Source: an uncultured delta proteobacterium (GTDB lineage Bacteria > Desulfobacterota > BSN033 > UBA1163). From it: 64,000 nt of DNA. The stretch covers positions 32,001 to 96,000 of the forward strand of contig CAVPSJ010000012.1 in assembly GCA_963708295.1 (NCBI GenBank), read 5' to 3'. The notes below the pieces were generated by a model. It saw only the letters and a program-made list of their open reading frames with translations, had not been told where the DNA came from and searched no databases. Both the position numbers and the translations under genes were made by a program. Below, in pieces: positions 62,859 to 64,000 of the stretch (position 1 is the stretch's first letter; each line of letters starts with the position of its first letter).

Positions 62859-64000
62859 TCACCCTTTCCCTTCCCCCTCCATATCGTAGCACCAGCAGAG
62901 AATCCCTCCATCAACGTTCTTTACATTTTCAAACCCTTCGTGCTTAAGATTGAGACTGGCTTTGTAAGAACGCTGGCCGGAATGACAGTGAACCGCAGTC
63001 TCCTTTTTCTTATCGAGCTCCCCCGCCCGTTTCTTCAGCTCTCCCAGGGGGATCCAGATGGAGTTTGGGATGCGTTGTTTCTTGACCTCCTCTTCTTCCC
63101 TCACATCCACCAGCTGAAAAGATTCTTTTGAAGTCTTCATCCTCTCCCGCACCTCTGAGGCTTGAATCCCCTCTACCTTCCCCTCCAATTTATTCATCAA
63201 CACATTGGCCGCCACGATCACCGGCGAGAGAGCGGGACTGAACGGAGGAGCATAGGCCAGATCCACGCTGGCCAGCTCCCTGCACGTCATTCGTCCGTGG
63301 AGCGCCATCGCCAGAATATCGATGAATTTATCTGAAGGGCCTTCACCGACCGCCTGGCCTCCCAGAATCCTTCCTGTCTCCTTCTCTGCGATGACCTTCA
63401 GGGTGGATTCTTTGCCTCCCGGGTAATAGTGAGCCCGGTCATATCCCCGGACAACGGCCTGAATGGGACGAAAACCTTCCTTCTCGGCTTCCCGCATACT
63501 CAGTCCGGTCTTGGCGACGTTGAAATCGAAAGTCTTAAAGATCGTTGTTCCCATCACCCCCGGAAAGGTAGCATTCCCGCCGCAGACATTGGCTCCCACC
63601 ACTCTCCCCTGTTTATTGGCAGTCGACCCCAGGGGAACCCAGACCCTCTTCCCCGTCACGAGATGCGTCGTTTCCGCACAGTCTCCGGCGGAATAAATCC
63701 CTTCAGCGCTTGTCTCCATCTTCTCATTGACCCAGATTGCCCCTGTCTCCCCGATCTTTAATCCTGTTTTTTTTGCCAGTTCAACCTGGGGACGAATCCC
63801 CAGGCTCATCAGAACGACATCTGTTTTCAACTCACGGGCCGCGGTCTGCACGCGGGTGACCTTTCCTGCTTCACCCTTCAAGGCCTGAATCCCCTCCGAG
63901 GTGAAGATCTTCACCTCTTTCTTCTCCAGGTATTGCTGCAAGATGCCCGCAAAATCTTCGTCGAAAAGTGTCAGAATTTGAGGAGCCAGCTCAACGATCG
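62859..64000 (-). CDS. CoA-disulfide reductase/NADH oxidase family protein with rhodanese domain (5' end outside window)
   Basis: SAGDCAE, PLGSTANKQGR, DLAYAPPFS, DVRE, CHSGQRS. Confidence 0.9.
   Translation of the reverse strand, partial: IVELAPQILTLFDEDFAGILQQYLEKKEVKIFTSEGIQALKGEAGKVTRVQTAARELKTDVVLMSLGIRPQVELAKKTGLKIGETGAIWVNEKMETSAEGIYSAGDCAETTHLVTGKRVWVPLGSTANKQGRVVGANVCGGNATFPGVMGTTIFKTFDFNVAKTGLSMREAEKEGFRPIQAVVRGYDRAHYYPGGKESTLKVIAEKETGRILGGQAVGEGPSDKFIDILAMALHGRMTCRELASVDLAYAPPFSPALSPVIVAANVLMNKLEGKVEGIQASEVRERMKTSKESFQLVDVREEEEVKKQRIPNSIWIPLGELKKRAGELDKKKETAVHCHSGQRSYKASLNLKHEGFENVKNVDGGILCWCYDMEGEGKG

Overview
This 64 kb window comes from an anaerobic bacterium, probably Desulfobacterota (deltaproteobacterial); that assignment is inferred from gene content. 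1-19.4 kb (+) is an acyl-CoA/B12 catabolic cluster: EtfA, two acyl-CoA dehydrogenases, two HdrA-like flavoproteins, CobO, an isobutyryl-CoA-mutase-like and a methylmalonyl-CoA mutase (each with its own B12 subunit), a Cys-less thiolase plus DUF35 partner, MeaB, a carboxyltransferase and the epimerase. Most spacers in it hold inverted arrays of 7-9 bp degenerate repeats, and one such array encloses a four-helix-bundle gene. 19.4-52.5 kb holds a probable UxxC thioredoxin/TPR selenoprotein missed by the ORF track, PcnB, TRAP transporters, and a sigma54-driven DUF4388/solute-binding/HAMP-only module. It also holds a 2-oxoacid oxidoreductase with a GltD-like/delta fusion, a xanthine-dehydrogenase-family enzyme with a diaphorase, and a LarA homologue. 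27.3-38.5 kb is dense in frameshifts, probably assembly indels. 52.6-58.5 kb (-) is an integron-type cassette array with about 7 complete or partial attC sites, two toxin-antitoxin cassettes and no integrase in the window. Two RAYT-like HUH transposase elements (one intact with 24 bp terminal inverted repeats, one relic) each sit inside an attC hairpin there. All calls come from reading motifs by eye; no database searches were run.
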